Position numbers and translations under genes: made by a program. The notes beneath the pieces are model-generated. The model ran no database searches, was not told where the DNA came from, and saw nothing but the letters and a program-made list of their open reading frames with translations. Below are positions 49,997 through 61,251 of a DNA stretch of 64,000 nucleotides, piece by piece; the first letter of the stretch is position 1, and each line of letters opens with the position of its first letter. Source of the DNA: Zootoca vivipara (Eukaryota); NCBI RefSeq assembly GCF_963506605.1, contig NC_083280.1:4774001-4838000 (forward strand), read 5' to 3'.

Positions 49997-50054
49997 ACGA
50001 TTGAGGTGTGTAAATTAATACATGACGTGGAGAAAGCTTTTCTCCCTCATAATA

Positions 50055-50630
50055 CTAGAACCAGCAGCCTAGAAATATCATAACTAGACACTGGAAGGAC
50101 CTATCAGGAGTGAAGATAGACCACTGGTAACAAAAAGTACAGGAAACAAATTCAAACGAGCTACGGAGGATGCCTTCACCTGAGTTACATACACAGCACA
50201 ATGGGACAATGAGCTCTTCCCCTCCAACAGCAGAGGAATCAATATGTGTCGCCTGGCCCCACAACCTAGCCTCCCTCCCTCACACAAATAAGCCACACCA
50301 CAATCAACAAAACACAACCAATCAAGCTCAGGAACCCCTAACCCCTCGCAATATCAATAAAAATAAATACCAGTAAATACACAGACATAGGACCTACCCC
50401 CATCCCCCACACTAAGAATAGGCAATAGAACAATATATATATATATTCCCATCTCTCTGCCCCCCTCCCCTTTCCCCCAACTGGAATATGGCTATGACAA
50501 AAAGGTCTCTCCCCAAATGTAAACTTTGAAAAAGGCAATGAATTGAAAGTGGAGGCAATAGATGGACCGTTCCTTGTTCATCTGTTTGCTCTGTAACACA
50601 AGAAACGCCAATAAATACTAATACTAATAT
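50055..50630 (+). mobile_element. L1/Tx1-like LINE 3' fragment
   Basis: Degenerate RNIITRHWKDLSG coding remnant, A/C-rich UTR, AATAAA and A-rich tail. Confidence 0.5.
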
Positions 50631-50639
50631 ACTACTGTG

Positions 50640-50891
50640 TCCATGGAGTTTTCTTGGCAGGGATACTGGAGTGGCTTGCCAGTTCCTTCTCCAGGTGGAT
50701 CACGTTTAGTCAAAACTCTCCACTATGACCTGTCCATCTTGGGTGGCCCTGAATGGCATATAGCTCATAGCTTCTCTGAGTTATTCAAGCCCCTTCGCCA
50801 CGACAAGGCATTGATCCATGAAGGGGTACTATGGTCCATGGGGTCACAAAGAGTCGGACACGACTAAACGACTAAACAACAACAACAACAC
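50640..50891 (+). mobile_element. BovB-derived short element (inverted BovB segment plus BovB tail)
   Basis: (CAA)n tail; 10-bp TSD TACTACTGTG; related to 52976-53212. Confidence 0.7.
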
Positions 50892-50900
50892 TACTACTGT

Positions 50901-51257
50901 GGGAACATGGGTGGCGCTGTGGGTTAAGCCACAGAGCCTAGGGCTTGCCGATCAGAAGGTTGGAGGTTCAAATCCCCGTGACGGGGTGAGCTCTCGATGC
51001 TCGGTCCCAGCTCCACCCAACCTAGCAGTTCGAAAGCACGTCAAAGTGCAAGTAGATAAATAGGTACCACTACAGCGGGAAGGTAAACGGCGTTTCCGTG
51101 TGCTGCTCTGGTTTGCCAGAAGTGGCTTAGTCATGCTGGCCACATGACCCGGAAGCTGTACGCCAGCTCCCTTGGCCAATAACGCGAGATGAGTGCCGCA
51201 ACCCCAGAGTCGGTTACGACTGGACCTAATGGTCAGGGGTTCCTTTACCTTTACCTT
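50901..51257 (+). mobile_element. Full-length Sauria SINE
   Basis: tRNA-like head GGTGGCGCTGTGGG...GGTTCAAATCC, BovB-like 3' end, (ACCTTT)n tail. Confidence 0.88.
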
Positions 51258-51520
51258 ACTAATACTACTAATAATAAAAATAGAAGCTGAATATTGGATG
51301 ATTCGGGACAGACAAGGAGAAATACTTCCTTACTCAATGCCTATTTCAACTGTGGGATATCCTGCTACACCATTGATGACCACCAACTTGGGACAAGGGG
51401 GTAGGGCTAGGCAACTGTTGCATTGCAGGGGAGTTGGGCTAGATGACCCTCGGTGTCCCTTCCAACACTACGATTCTGTGAAAGTGCCCCACAATCCTTG
51501 GACGAAGGGCTACATTAATA

Positions 51521-51879
51521 CAGGTGAAACTCATAAAATTAGAATATCGTTGAAATGTGCATTTATTTCAGTAATGCAACTTATTATTTTTTATTTTTCT
51601 TTTAATTTTTACAAATGCTTTCATTTGGAAATTCCACAGTAATAAAACAAATAGCTACAATAATACAAAAATAAACACCGCTATTACATTTCATTAATTA
51701 CATTCCATTTATAATTGACTCACCTAACCACAAATAATTACAATTACAACAAATAAAGGCTTGACATATCTTGCTTTGCATGTCATGCATCCATCTCATA
51801 TACTGGCTTCACCTTTTAAGTTGCATTACTGAAATAGATGCACTTTTCGACGATATTCTAATTTTCCGAGTTTCACCTG
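51521..51879. mobile_element. Tc1-like MITE with ~60-bp TIRs
   Basis: CAGGTGAAACTC...GCAACTT mirrored at the right end; TA TSD. Confidence 0.82.
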
Positions 51880-52019
51880 TAACTATAGGATGGGGGGTGG
51901 GTGGGGCATGGGAGTTGAGATTCCTGCCTTGCAGGGGGCTGGACTAGATGATCCTGTTGGTTCCTCTTCCAACTCTACCTTTCTAGAGTTCTTTAAGGCA
52001 ACTAAAGTGAATTCATAGC

Positions 52020-52870
52020 CGGTCGCAGCTTTCTCTTTCTCCTCCTCCGAGAGGCGGTTCCGGCGGCCGCTCCAGGCGACCCTTCCCGGCCGGGGGCTGA
52101 GCTTGCGGGCGGCGCCTCCGTCCAGCCGGTCCTCCTCGTCCTCGGGGAGGGAGGAGGAGTCCTCGGCCGGCGAGGAGGCGCGCTTGGCCGGCCTCTCTCT
52201 CCATGGATCCTCCGCTGCTGCTGCATCTGCGCGAGTTCCAGGCGCTGGTGGATCGCGCGGGCGGCCGGGGGCGGCTGCTGCTGGTGGGCGAGGCGCGCGA
52301 GGGCGACCCGGCGCCGCGGGCGCTGCTGGAGACCTTCGCCCGGGACCTCTTCGCCGAGCCGGAGCCGCGCAAGGAGCAGGAGGCGGAGGCGGCGGCGAGG
52401 GCGCAGCCGGATCCAGATCCTCCCGGAGGGGCGCGCAGGGTCCGCGTGCGCGTCGGCGGCAGAGGCTCGGCGGCGCGCTCGTGCCCGCCGTGCGCGCTGC
52501 TCTTCGTGCTCTTCCGCGAGGCATCGCTCGCGCCTTTGCCGCCGCCGCACGCGCGCCGGGAGCGGCTCCGCCTGCGCGAGATCCTCTGCGACGTGCGCAG
52601 CCAGCTGCCCTCGGCGGCGCTCCCGGGCGTGGTGGGCGTGGTGGTGCTGGGGAGCGGGGGGCCCCCCGGCGAAGGTGAGGGCGCCCGGCTGCAGCTCGAC
52701 GCGCTGCTCCGGCAAGTCTTCCGACGGAGGCGCCCGGCAGAGCACGACACCCTGCAAGCCGCCCCCTACAGCCCCGGAGCCGGTCAGGGGGCTGCCGAAG
52801 CCCGCGCCGCCGCCTGCCGGGCGCTGAGAGCCGCCCTGAAGCTCCGAGCAGGTGAGCGCAAGGGGGGGGG
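52020..52870. promoter_or_regulatory. CpG island over C2orf72 promoter and exon 1
   Basis: Very high GC and CpG content. Confidence 0.8.
52203..52851 (+). CDS. C2orf72: C2orf72 homologue exon 1
   Basis: FQALVDRAGGRGRLLLVGE...LREILCDVR...LLRQVF...QAAPYSPG...AAACRAL matches recalled human C2orf72; G|GTGAGC donor, phase 1. Confidence 0.88.
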
Positions 52871-52975
52871 AAGGGCAGGCATTATTTTGCATTTATATCC
52901 AGCTCTCTTTTGCACAGGTAGCTCCACCACGGTGGACGTGCCGGATTTGCCTATAAGCTAAACAAGCTATAGCTT

Positions 52976-53212
52976 TGTTGTTGTTGTTGTTGTTGTTGCT
53001 TAGTCTTGTCCGACTCTTCGTGACCCCATGGACCAATGCCTTGTCGTGGCGGAGGGGCTTGAATAACTCAGAGAAGCTATGAGCTATGCCATGCAGGGCC
53101 ACCCAAGATGGACAGGTCATAGTGGAGAGTTTTGACTAAACGTGATCCACCTGGAGAAGGAACTGGCAAGCCACTCCAGTATCCCTGCCAAGAAAACTCC
53201 ATGGACAAAGAC
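52976..53212 (-). mobile_element. BovB-derived short element
   Basis: (TTG)n tail; TSD AACAAGCTATAGCTT on both sides. Confidence 0.75.
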
Positions 53213-53353
53213 AACAAGCTATAGCTTAGGGCCCCACAAAAAAATTAAAGGGAGAAATAACTGGATGTACATTTCCAAAATATAAGATAAAAAAACAATT
53301 TATTTGATAAAAATACATATTTTGTTATGTGCAAATGGCTTTAGATACCTATT

Positions 53354-53703
53354 AAAGGTAAAGGGACCCCTGACCATTAGGTCCAGTCGTGACCGACTCT
53401 GGGGTTGTGCGCTCATCTCGCTTTATTGGCCAAGGGAGCCGGCGTACAGCTTCCAGGTCACGTGGCCAGCATGACAAAGCCGCTTCTGGCGAACCAGAGC
53501 AGCGCACGGAAACGCCGTTTACCTTCCCGCTGTAGCGGTACCTATTTATCTACTTGCATTTTGACGTGCTTTCAAACTGCTAGGTTGGCAGGAGCTGGGA
53601 CCAAGCAACGGGAGCTCACCCCATCGCAGGGATTTGAACCGCCGACCTTCTGATCAGCAAGCCCTAGGCTCTGTGGTTTAACCCACAGCGCCACCTGCGT
53701 CCC
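53354..53703 (-). mobile_element. Full-length Sauria SINE
   Basis: Reverse-complement relative of 50901-51257. Confidence 0.88.
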
Positions 53704-55739
53704 TATTAGATCCATACCTATTGGATCCATAAATTACCATATAGCATATATTCAATGCAAAAACAGTGGCAATTTGTTGTTGAAAAAGGACAGCTGGACG
53801 TATAAAGGGCCCCATTACCTTCAGTAGCTTAGGGCCTCATCAAAGCTAAATCTGGCCCTGACGGTGCCCCACGTGGTTTTGCCCCCCCCCTTTATTCCTC
53901 ACAATAACCCTGTGAGGTAGGCAAGGGATGCCAACTTGAATTCAATGTTGGGGAGGGGGCGCTGGTAAGCCCTACTCTGCATAATCGTTCGCAAGACACA
54001 CAATTTGAATGGCAATGCCCATCAACTTGGGTGTGTGTGTGACTGGACCCCTCTAATATTTTATTGGCGGGGGCCGAAGGGAATCGGCTCCTATCCTAGT
54101 AGGTTAGTCCAAGAGGTATTGAATGACTCCAGAGTCACCCTTAGCTGAGTGGGCATTTGAACCCTGGTCTCCCGTTTACTAATCTGGATCAACTCCATGC
54201 TGATTCATGGAATTGTAGAGGTGGAAGGGACCCCCCCAGGGTCATCTAGTCCAACCCCCTGCAATGCAGGAAGCAGCCCCTGCGTGGACTCGAACCACCA
54301 ACCTGCTTAACAGCCAGAGACTCTGACCTGTTGCTGCAATTCATTTCTGTGTCACAGATTTAGGCTCTGCCGTTCTGTTTATATCCTACCCTTCTCACCA
54401 ATCAATTGTGGGTATTGGATATTGTTCTCTTCCCCTCCCCTTGTTTCAGCCACACAACAACCCTGTGAGGTAGGTTAGGCTGAGAGAGAGAGCGTGGCTG
54501 GCACCCAAGGTCACCCAGTGAGCTTCCTGGCTGAATGGGGATTTGAACTCTGGTCTCCCAGGTCCTGGTCCAACGTTCCAGCTATTGCAACATACTTAAA
54601 ATTCTTCGGATACCTCCGACTGTAATTCCATGCGTCAATATTAAGATGGTGGCACTTATCCACTGCCAGTGACTTTCTGTTTAAAACAAATAACTGCTTG
54701 GCTTGACTGCTGATAAAAATCATAATTAATAATTAATAATAATAATTAAAAGGGCTTACAGGTTTATTTCCTTCAGCGGCTTGCCACCCTCTCTCTTACG
54801 GCCTTGCCCCTGTGATTTTGGCAGTAGCTTGGCACTTAGAAGAGGAGGAGGTGTTTTTTTTTTTGTCCTGATGTGAAATTGGTGGCAGAAAAAAACAACA
54901 ATAAGTTACGTTATCTGGTTGTGGTAGAAAGCAGAGGAGCGAGGCCAAGAAACAACCTTATTTGTTTTTAAAATGCAACATTTGATGGAAATGCCAGTTA
55001 CCGGTACCTGGAAATGGGGTTTGGGGGAGAGAACTAGCATAAGAGCATTGGTTTGATCTAGCAGGAATATATCTATGGCCCATCAAGTCCAGCATCCTGC
55101 TCTCACAGCGACCAGCCAGGTGCCTGTGGGAAACTGGCAAGCGGGATTCGAACACAGGAGCCCTCTCCTTTCCTGATATTTCTAGCAACTGGGATTCAGA
55201 GGCATTGCTGCCTCTTGACTGCAGAGCACAGCCATCAAGAGACCTCTCCTTGCTTAATTCGTCTCATCCTCTTTTAAAGCCATCTTGGTTAGCTGCCTCC
55301 TGGGGCAGGGAGTTCCATAGATTAATTATGTATTGCATGAAGAAGGAATTGGCCTTAAGCTTCCACTTCTCAGGGCAGGTTTGCAGTTCCCTTGCTCCGC
55401 TAACTTTAGCCTTCCGGCCCCTCGAGCCACATCCTTGGCTGCCGAACTACTCTAATCCTCCAGGGCGGAGGCTGCTAATCTCCCAGGCTCTTAAAGGTGA
55501 CTGTGGGGGTCATTCCAGGTTGCCTCTGGCTGCAGAGAGGAAAGGTATCTGTTTCTTTCCGCTGGACCCAAATCCCACGCCTCTATACTCATTTTCCCAG
55601 CGAGTTCAGTAGCACTGACATTGAAAACATGATAGGTGGCGGCTATGGCAGGCACCTGCCTGCCTCCCCCCCCCCCAGGTGATGTTTCTAGTCTTGCTTC
55701 CCTGTCCTGGGATTGTACACAGAGATACAGCTGGCAGCC

Positions 55740-56293
55740 TTTGCTTTGGGCCCTAGAAGAGGGCCCCCAAAATGATCAAGGGGCTGGGGCAACTCCCGTA
55801 TGGAGAAAGGTTACAGCATTTAAGGAGGATGTTGACAAGCTGGAAGGTGTGCAGAGGAAGGCAAGCAAGATGATCAAGGGCCTGGGAAGCAAGCCTGATG
55901 AGGAACGGTTGAGGGAGCTGGGGATGTTTAGCCTGGGAAATAGGAGACTGAGAGGAGATAGGATCACCATCTTCAAATATCTAAAGGGCTGTCACATGGC
56001 AGAGGGAGGAAGCTTGTTGTCTCCTGCTCTGGAGGGCAGGACTCGAACCAGTGGCTTCGAGTTACAAGAAAGGAGATTCCGACTAAACCTCAGGAAAAAC
56101 ATCCTGACAGTGAGAGCTGATCGACAGGGGAATCATCTCCCTTGGGAGGTTGTGGACTCTCCTTCCTTGGAGGTTTTTAAGCAGAGGTTGGGTGGCCATC
56201 TGTCATGGATGCTTTAGCTGAGATTCCTGCATTGCAGGGGGTTGGACTAGATGATCCTCGAGGTCCCTTCCAACTCTACAGTTTTATGATTCT
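55740..56293 (+). mobile_element. CR1 LINE 3' fragment
   Basis: FKEDVDKLEGVQRKASKMIKGL...[12 protein letters not shown]...FKQRL. Confidence 0.88.
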
Positions 56294-56401
56294 TTGATTT
56301 GGGGCTGTGGAGAGATAGCCACCAACCTGGATGGCTTTAAAGGATTATGCAACAGGACTTTTTGCAGGGAGGGAGCCAAAGTTGTTGAGCTTCTTTTAGG
56401 G

Positions 56402-56537
56402 CAGGGATCCCCAAACTTCGGCCCTCCAGATGTTTTGGACTACAATTCCCATCATCCCTGACCACTGGTCCTGTCAGCTAGGGATCATGGGAGTTGTAGG
56501 CCAAAACATGTGGAGGGCTGCAGTTTGGGGATGCCTG
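56402..56537. mobile_element. 136-bp hAT-type MITE
   Basis: Same family as 28667-28802; 8-bp TSD TTTTAGGG. Confidence 0.85.
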
Positions 56538-56798
56538 TTTTAGGGGCTCCTGCTTTCACCCTCCCCAGGGGCATCTGACTGGCCACTCTAAGAACAGGAT
56601 GCTGGCCTAGATAAGCCACTCTCTTCACCCACCAGGACTCCTCTTGTGCTTCAGGAGACCTTAACTGCACCTGGGGGTCCTGGAGTGTTATTCCAGATTT
56701 GGTAAAGCAGATCTGCCTGAGCCAGATTATCTAATCTGCTGGGAGGTTTGCACTTTGTACATCTGGCCTGACCTCTTGCTCTCTTCTTCATTCCAAAG

Positions 56799-56915
56799 AA
56801 GGGGCAGAAGCCAAGAAGCAGAGGATCCCAGCCTTCCTGCAGTGCATCCCCTGGGCTCGAAGGAGTCGGCGGAAGGAGGGGCATCCGGACGCAGCCCCCA
56901 GCAACTTCAGCGAAG
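56799..56915 (+). CDS. C2orf72: C2orf72 homologue exon 2
   Basis: (E)GAEAKKQRIPAFLQCIPWARRSRRKEGHPDAAPSNFSE; 117 nt, phase 1/1; human has LLACFSWGPWSRRK. Confidence 0.82.
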
Positions 56916-57181
56916 GTCAGGTCTACTTGAGGGCTCTGTGGTGCAGTAGGGTAGGCAGCTCTCGGGATCGGCCGAGCTGACCCGCTGCAACTTTTGTTAC
57001 ACGGGTGTCATCCCATGTGGAGTCCAGAATTAAGATTCCTGATTTTGGTTTGAAAGTCTGTAAAGTTCCTAGCCCCCATGGTGTCTGGGACCAATTTAGG
57101 TGCTGGTGCTGAGGTTTAAGAAGGATACCTGCAAACAGGAATGTGTACAGAGAGTTTGTGGGGGTGGGGAGAGCTTGCCAG

Positions 57182-57718
57182 CAGGTCTGTCTTAAACATA
57201 TCCGGCGCTGTGGTGCAAAGATCCCTCCGGCGCCCCCCCCCCAGCAACTCCAAAACGAGGGAGGGTGTGTGGGAAATGTCCTCTGCCTCCCCTACCGCCC
57301 CGATCCCCAGTGTGGTGGCGGCGATCAAGCAGGGAAATGTGCTGGCGGACATGCTCTCTGGCGTCGGGGCACCAAAGAAGGCAGCCCAGGAAGGCTGTGC
57401 GCCGCCTTTCGCCATGTAGCAGGAGGAGGACAGTGACCAGGAGCAGGGCCGTCTTTAGCAGATGCAGAGGCTTGGGAGGGAAGCTTGGCGCAGCTTCCAT
57501 CCTAAGCCTCTGTGGGGATCGTTCTCCACCTGTGGAGGCTTGGGAAGGAAGCTGCACGCCCGGCAGCCATATAGTTGGTGGGGCGCAGCTGGAGGGCGTG
57601 CAAGGAAAGGGGAGGCTTCTGGCAAAGCCGCACAGCTCCCCCCACTCGCTAGGGCGCCCCTGAGAGGCCGGTGTCCTGGCTCAACGCACCACTGACACCA
57701 ATGGTAAAGACGGCTCTG
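57182..57718. mobile_element. hAT-type non-autonomous element
   Basis: 8-bp TSD CTTGCCAG; ends CAGGTCTGTCTTAA / TAAAGACGGCTCTG. Confidence 0.7.
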
Positions 57719-58026
57719 CTTGCCAGACAAATTTAGGGGATGCACGGAGGGAGGACATTCTGCTGATGAAACCATAGTGGTACACTCCCTTTGTACCCCG
57801 CCTGTGCAAATCTGCGTCTTGCTACTTTCTGTGTTCAGTCACCATTCAAGGTAAAGAGTGCAGAGAATTGCAACCTACATTTGTCAAATAGCCTAAAATA
57901 TTTTTGGTGCCAAGTTAAAATCCTCTCCCTTTCAGTTCCTTGGCTTCGTTTTGACTGGAAACCATGGTGGTTTTCCCTTTGTAACTGAGACGCTCTAAAT
58001 GGGTTTTCCTTTCCCCCCCAACGTAG

Positions 58027-58118
58027 ATGCCTTGCAAGACCCGGAAGAAGGTGTGTCTTTGACCAACATGGAGCCCAACGGGAACTGCGAAGAGGCCTGT
58101 GGAGCCGTAGCCACTTAA
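58027..58118 (+). CDS. C2orf72: C2orf72 homologue exon 3
   Basis: (D)ALQDPEEGVSLTNMEPNGNCEEACGAVAT*; human [22 protein letters not shown]; total 285 aa. Confidence 0.85.
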
Positions 58119-60273
58119 GAAGTCCTGGAGGAACCTTCTCTTTGCTGCTATATCGGACTGAAGGAGCTGCCCTTTATTTGCCTTGTAGGAAAAGCATCAA
58201 GCACACTCTTTGTGGGGGGGAGGGAGCATGGTGTTGGCTCTTTTAAAGGAGCTACGTCGCCTTTGTTTGATCCCAATAAACTTTGTAGCAGAAGCCCAGA
58301 AGCAGCTTTGCTTGGCCTCAGCCAAGTGAAGATGGGGGACCTCCTCAGCCTGAAGAATTACATGGGAACTACATCAAATCCTTGAGGTTCCCACTCAAAA
58401 GGCTGTGTCATTTTCATGGAAAGTAGCAGACATTGTCCTCTAGTCAGTGAGCATATTGCTATTACCGACTGTGGCTTCTCATTTATTGGGTAATTGTTTT
58501 AATTGCCTTATTAGGGAAATAACTGCCTTCAAATGTGAAATGTATGGTGAGGAAGTATTTATGGGCTGAGAATTTATTATGCTTGGGAGGAAAAAGAGGA
58601 ACGACTCTGGTGCTGCTTTTTTTTAAAAAGCCAAAAAACCTCTCCCTGATTTCCAGCTTGAACTGTGTTTGCCATCGCAAAGAGGATGGGACAAGATTCT
58701 CAGTGGAATATGTAGAAATCTGGGCAGGTGTTGCTTGCCTCTTCTCTGTGGTTGTGAGAACAGTTGTAATGTATTCTGGATCTAGTACTGTTAGAGTCCA
58801 AAGTACATTTGCATTAAACGGAGCCCAACGTATATATTTTGCATCTGCTCTCATCCTAGGAGAGCGTTCCTAGAAGTGTTCCTTTTTGGGTCTGTCCTCC
58901 TGTTCTCTTGTCCTACAGTTGTCCTACAATTCTCCTAAACCATGGTGTTTCTAGGGACTGGCCTGCAGGGGCAGGAAATAGTAGTAGAGTTTAGGCAAAA
59001 AAACCCCCCAATGTTCACAAGAATGTGATGGAGCCCCCAAAATCTGGCACCCATGAAATGCCCGAGAATCTTGTTTCTACTGGAAGAAAATAGTTGCCCT
59101 CTTCTGCACAAAGCAGTTCCATTAGAAAGCTTTGCTGGGCTTTGTTTTGCACTGGAAACATTGACTGTCTTTAGAAAGGCCTTGTTGCTGCAGGCTTCTG
59201 TAACTGGTGCCTTTTCCGATGTGTGGGGTCCAGAGCTAATTGGTAAAAGCACAGCACAGGAGGCGAGAGGAAATAATCAATTATTTTTGCCAATGAAGCT
59301 GCTTGACGTGCTTTACTTGCGACCGTTATTCCAGAAGGCAGTGCTTCTTCTCCTGGCCTAACATTTCAAAATACTCTATTCACTGTGAACTGTTTGTACT
59401 ATAGACATGTGGGTGGTTTTTTTTTTTAAAAAAGTAAGCTTGTGAATAGTCCATAATGTAAAATTGCAACAGCAGCAAGACACACTAAAATTCCAAACAG
59501 TTTGACTAATGTTACTGTTTCTGTTTCGCCTTAGTTGCTATTTTGTCTCTCTAGGTTCTCTATAAAACTCTGATGGGGCTGGAGATTATATCGATTTATG
59601 TTCATTAACCTGTAAAGGGGGGGGGGCTTTCTGGAAAATTTAGAATTGACAAAACTTTCAGGGGAAGCTTCCTTGTGCAACTTTGGCTTAATGCATTAGC
59701 ACATTTTCAGTTTGTATTGGAACGTTTTCCCCGATGCCCTAGACTAGAGAGTGACCTAATTTAGCGTGTTTGGGCTCCTTGTATTTCGTAAACATAGCTG
59801 AAAGCTTTGAAACCACCAAGCTTGCCTAATACTAGATGTATTTTCAGCTGGCATCTATTCATTGCTGCTAATGAACTTCACAAAATCGGGAGCGGAAAAA
59901 CTCTGCAGAAAAGTAAAGCTTTGGAAATTCCTTTGCAACCGACATCACCCGTGCTAACCATTTTTAAACTAATGGTGAAAGCAGAACAGAGTTATTTCTC
60001 TGACCTCCTTTAGAGACTTCTGAGGGGAGAGAAACATCACAAAATTTGCAATAGGATTGCTGCTACTTGTTGGCCAGGTCAAAGGTGTTGTACCCTCTGC
60101 CTTACAAGTTCCATGAAGGCATGGAAGACTAGGAGACACTGATGGGCTGTTGTGCATAGCTGCTGGCTTTGTTGGGCCTTTTCATTTGCAAAGCATGCCT
60201 TGGGATAGCCTGCTCGAATCTGCAGCCTTCCAGATTTTTTGGACTACAACTGCTTGTTTTGTCTGCTGTTAGA

Positions 60274-60878
60274 AGAATCATAGAATCATAGAGTTGGAAG
60301 AGACCACAAGGGCCAGCCAGTCCAACCCCCTGCCAAGCAGGAAACACCATCAAAGCATTCTTGACATATGCCTGTCAAGCCTCTGCTTAAAGACCTCCAA
60401 AGAAGGAGACTCCACCACACTCCTTGGCAGCAAATTCCACTGCCGAACAGCTCTTACTGTCACGAAGTTCTTCCTAATGTTTAGGTAGAATCTTCTTTCT
60501 TGAAGTTTGAATCCATTGCTCCGTGTCCACTTCTCTGGAGCAGCAGAAAACAATCTCCCTCCTCCATATGACATCCTTTCATATATTTGAACATGGCTAT
60601 CATATCACCCCTTAACCTTCTCTTCTCCAGGCTAAACATACCCAGCTCCCTAAGCCGTTCCTCATAAGGCCTTTGACCATTTTGGTTGCCCTCTTCTGGA
60701 CACGTTCCAGCTTGTCAGTATCCTTCTTGAACTGTAGTGCCCAGAACTGGACACAGTACTCCAGGTGAGGTCTGACCAGAGCAGAATACAGTGGTACTAT
60801 TACTTCCCTTGATCTAGATGCTATACTCCTATTGATGCAGCCCAGAATTGCATTGGCTTTTTTAGCTGCTGCATCACA
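60274..60878 (-). mobile_element. CR1 LINE 3' fragment
   Basis: [16 protein letters not shown]...[17 protein letters not shown]...; ATTCTATG tail. Confidence 0.92.
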
Positions 60879-60944
60879 TTTTTTAGCTGCTGTTCTTAGG
60901 CTGTCCATTTTAAATTGCTAATTTTCGGTTTCAATGTATTATGT

Positions 60945-61251
60945 CAGGGGTTGGCAACCTAAGCGTGGCCCATGGGGTCGTTTAACCGGCCCATGGATCC
61001 CCGCCGCCCTCTCAGTCGGCTCCCGTGCGTCACGCTAAACCAGCACGGAGAAGAGCGGGGACTGCCTTCCACAACACTGGCCAGCTTCCCATTGGCTGCA
61101 GGAAGCTTCTACAGCCAATGGGAAGCTGTGCATGCCTCCTCCGCGCCAGAAGGAGCGCTGAAAATAGCGTTTGCGCATGCACACTCTGGTTCACCGTGGC
61201 GTCTGTGGGACCGTGAACCGGCCCAAGCCACAAAAACTTTGCCGGCCCCTG
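60945..61251. mobile_element. hAT-type MITE
   Basis: CAGGGGTTGGCAA / TTGCCGGCCCCTG TIRs; 8-bp TSD TATTATGT. Confidence 0.82.

Noticed and set aside
50901-50980. tRNA gene
   Set aside because: The A/B-box-like sequence is the head of a Sauria SINE.
51883-52892. Long antisense and alternate-frame ORFs (213, 296, 245, 191 aa)
   Set aside because: By-products of extreme GC content over C2orf72 exon 1; low-complexity and unrecognisable.
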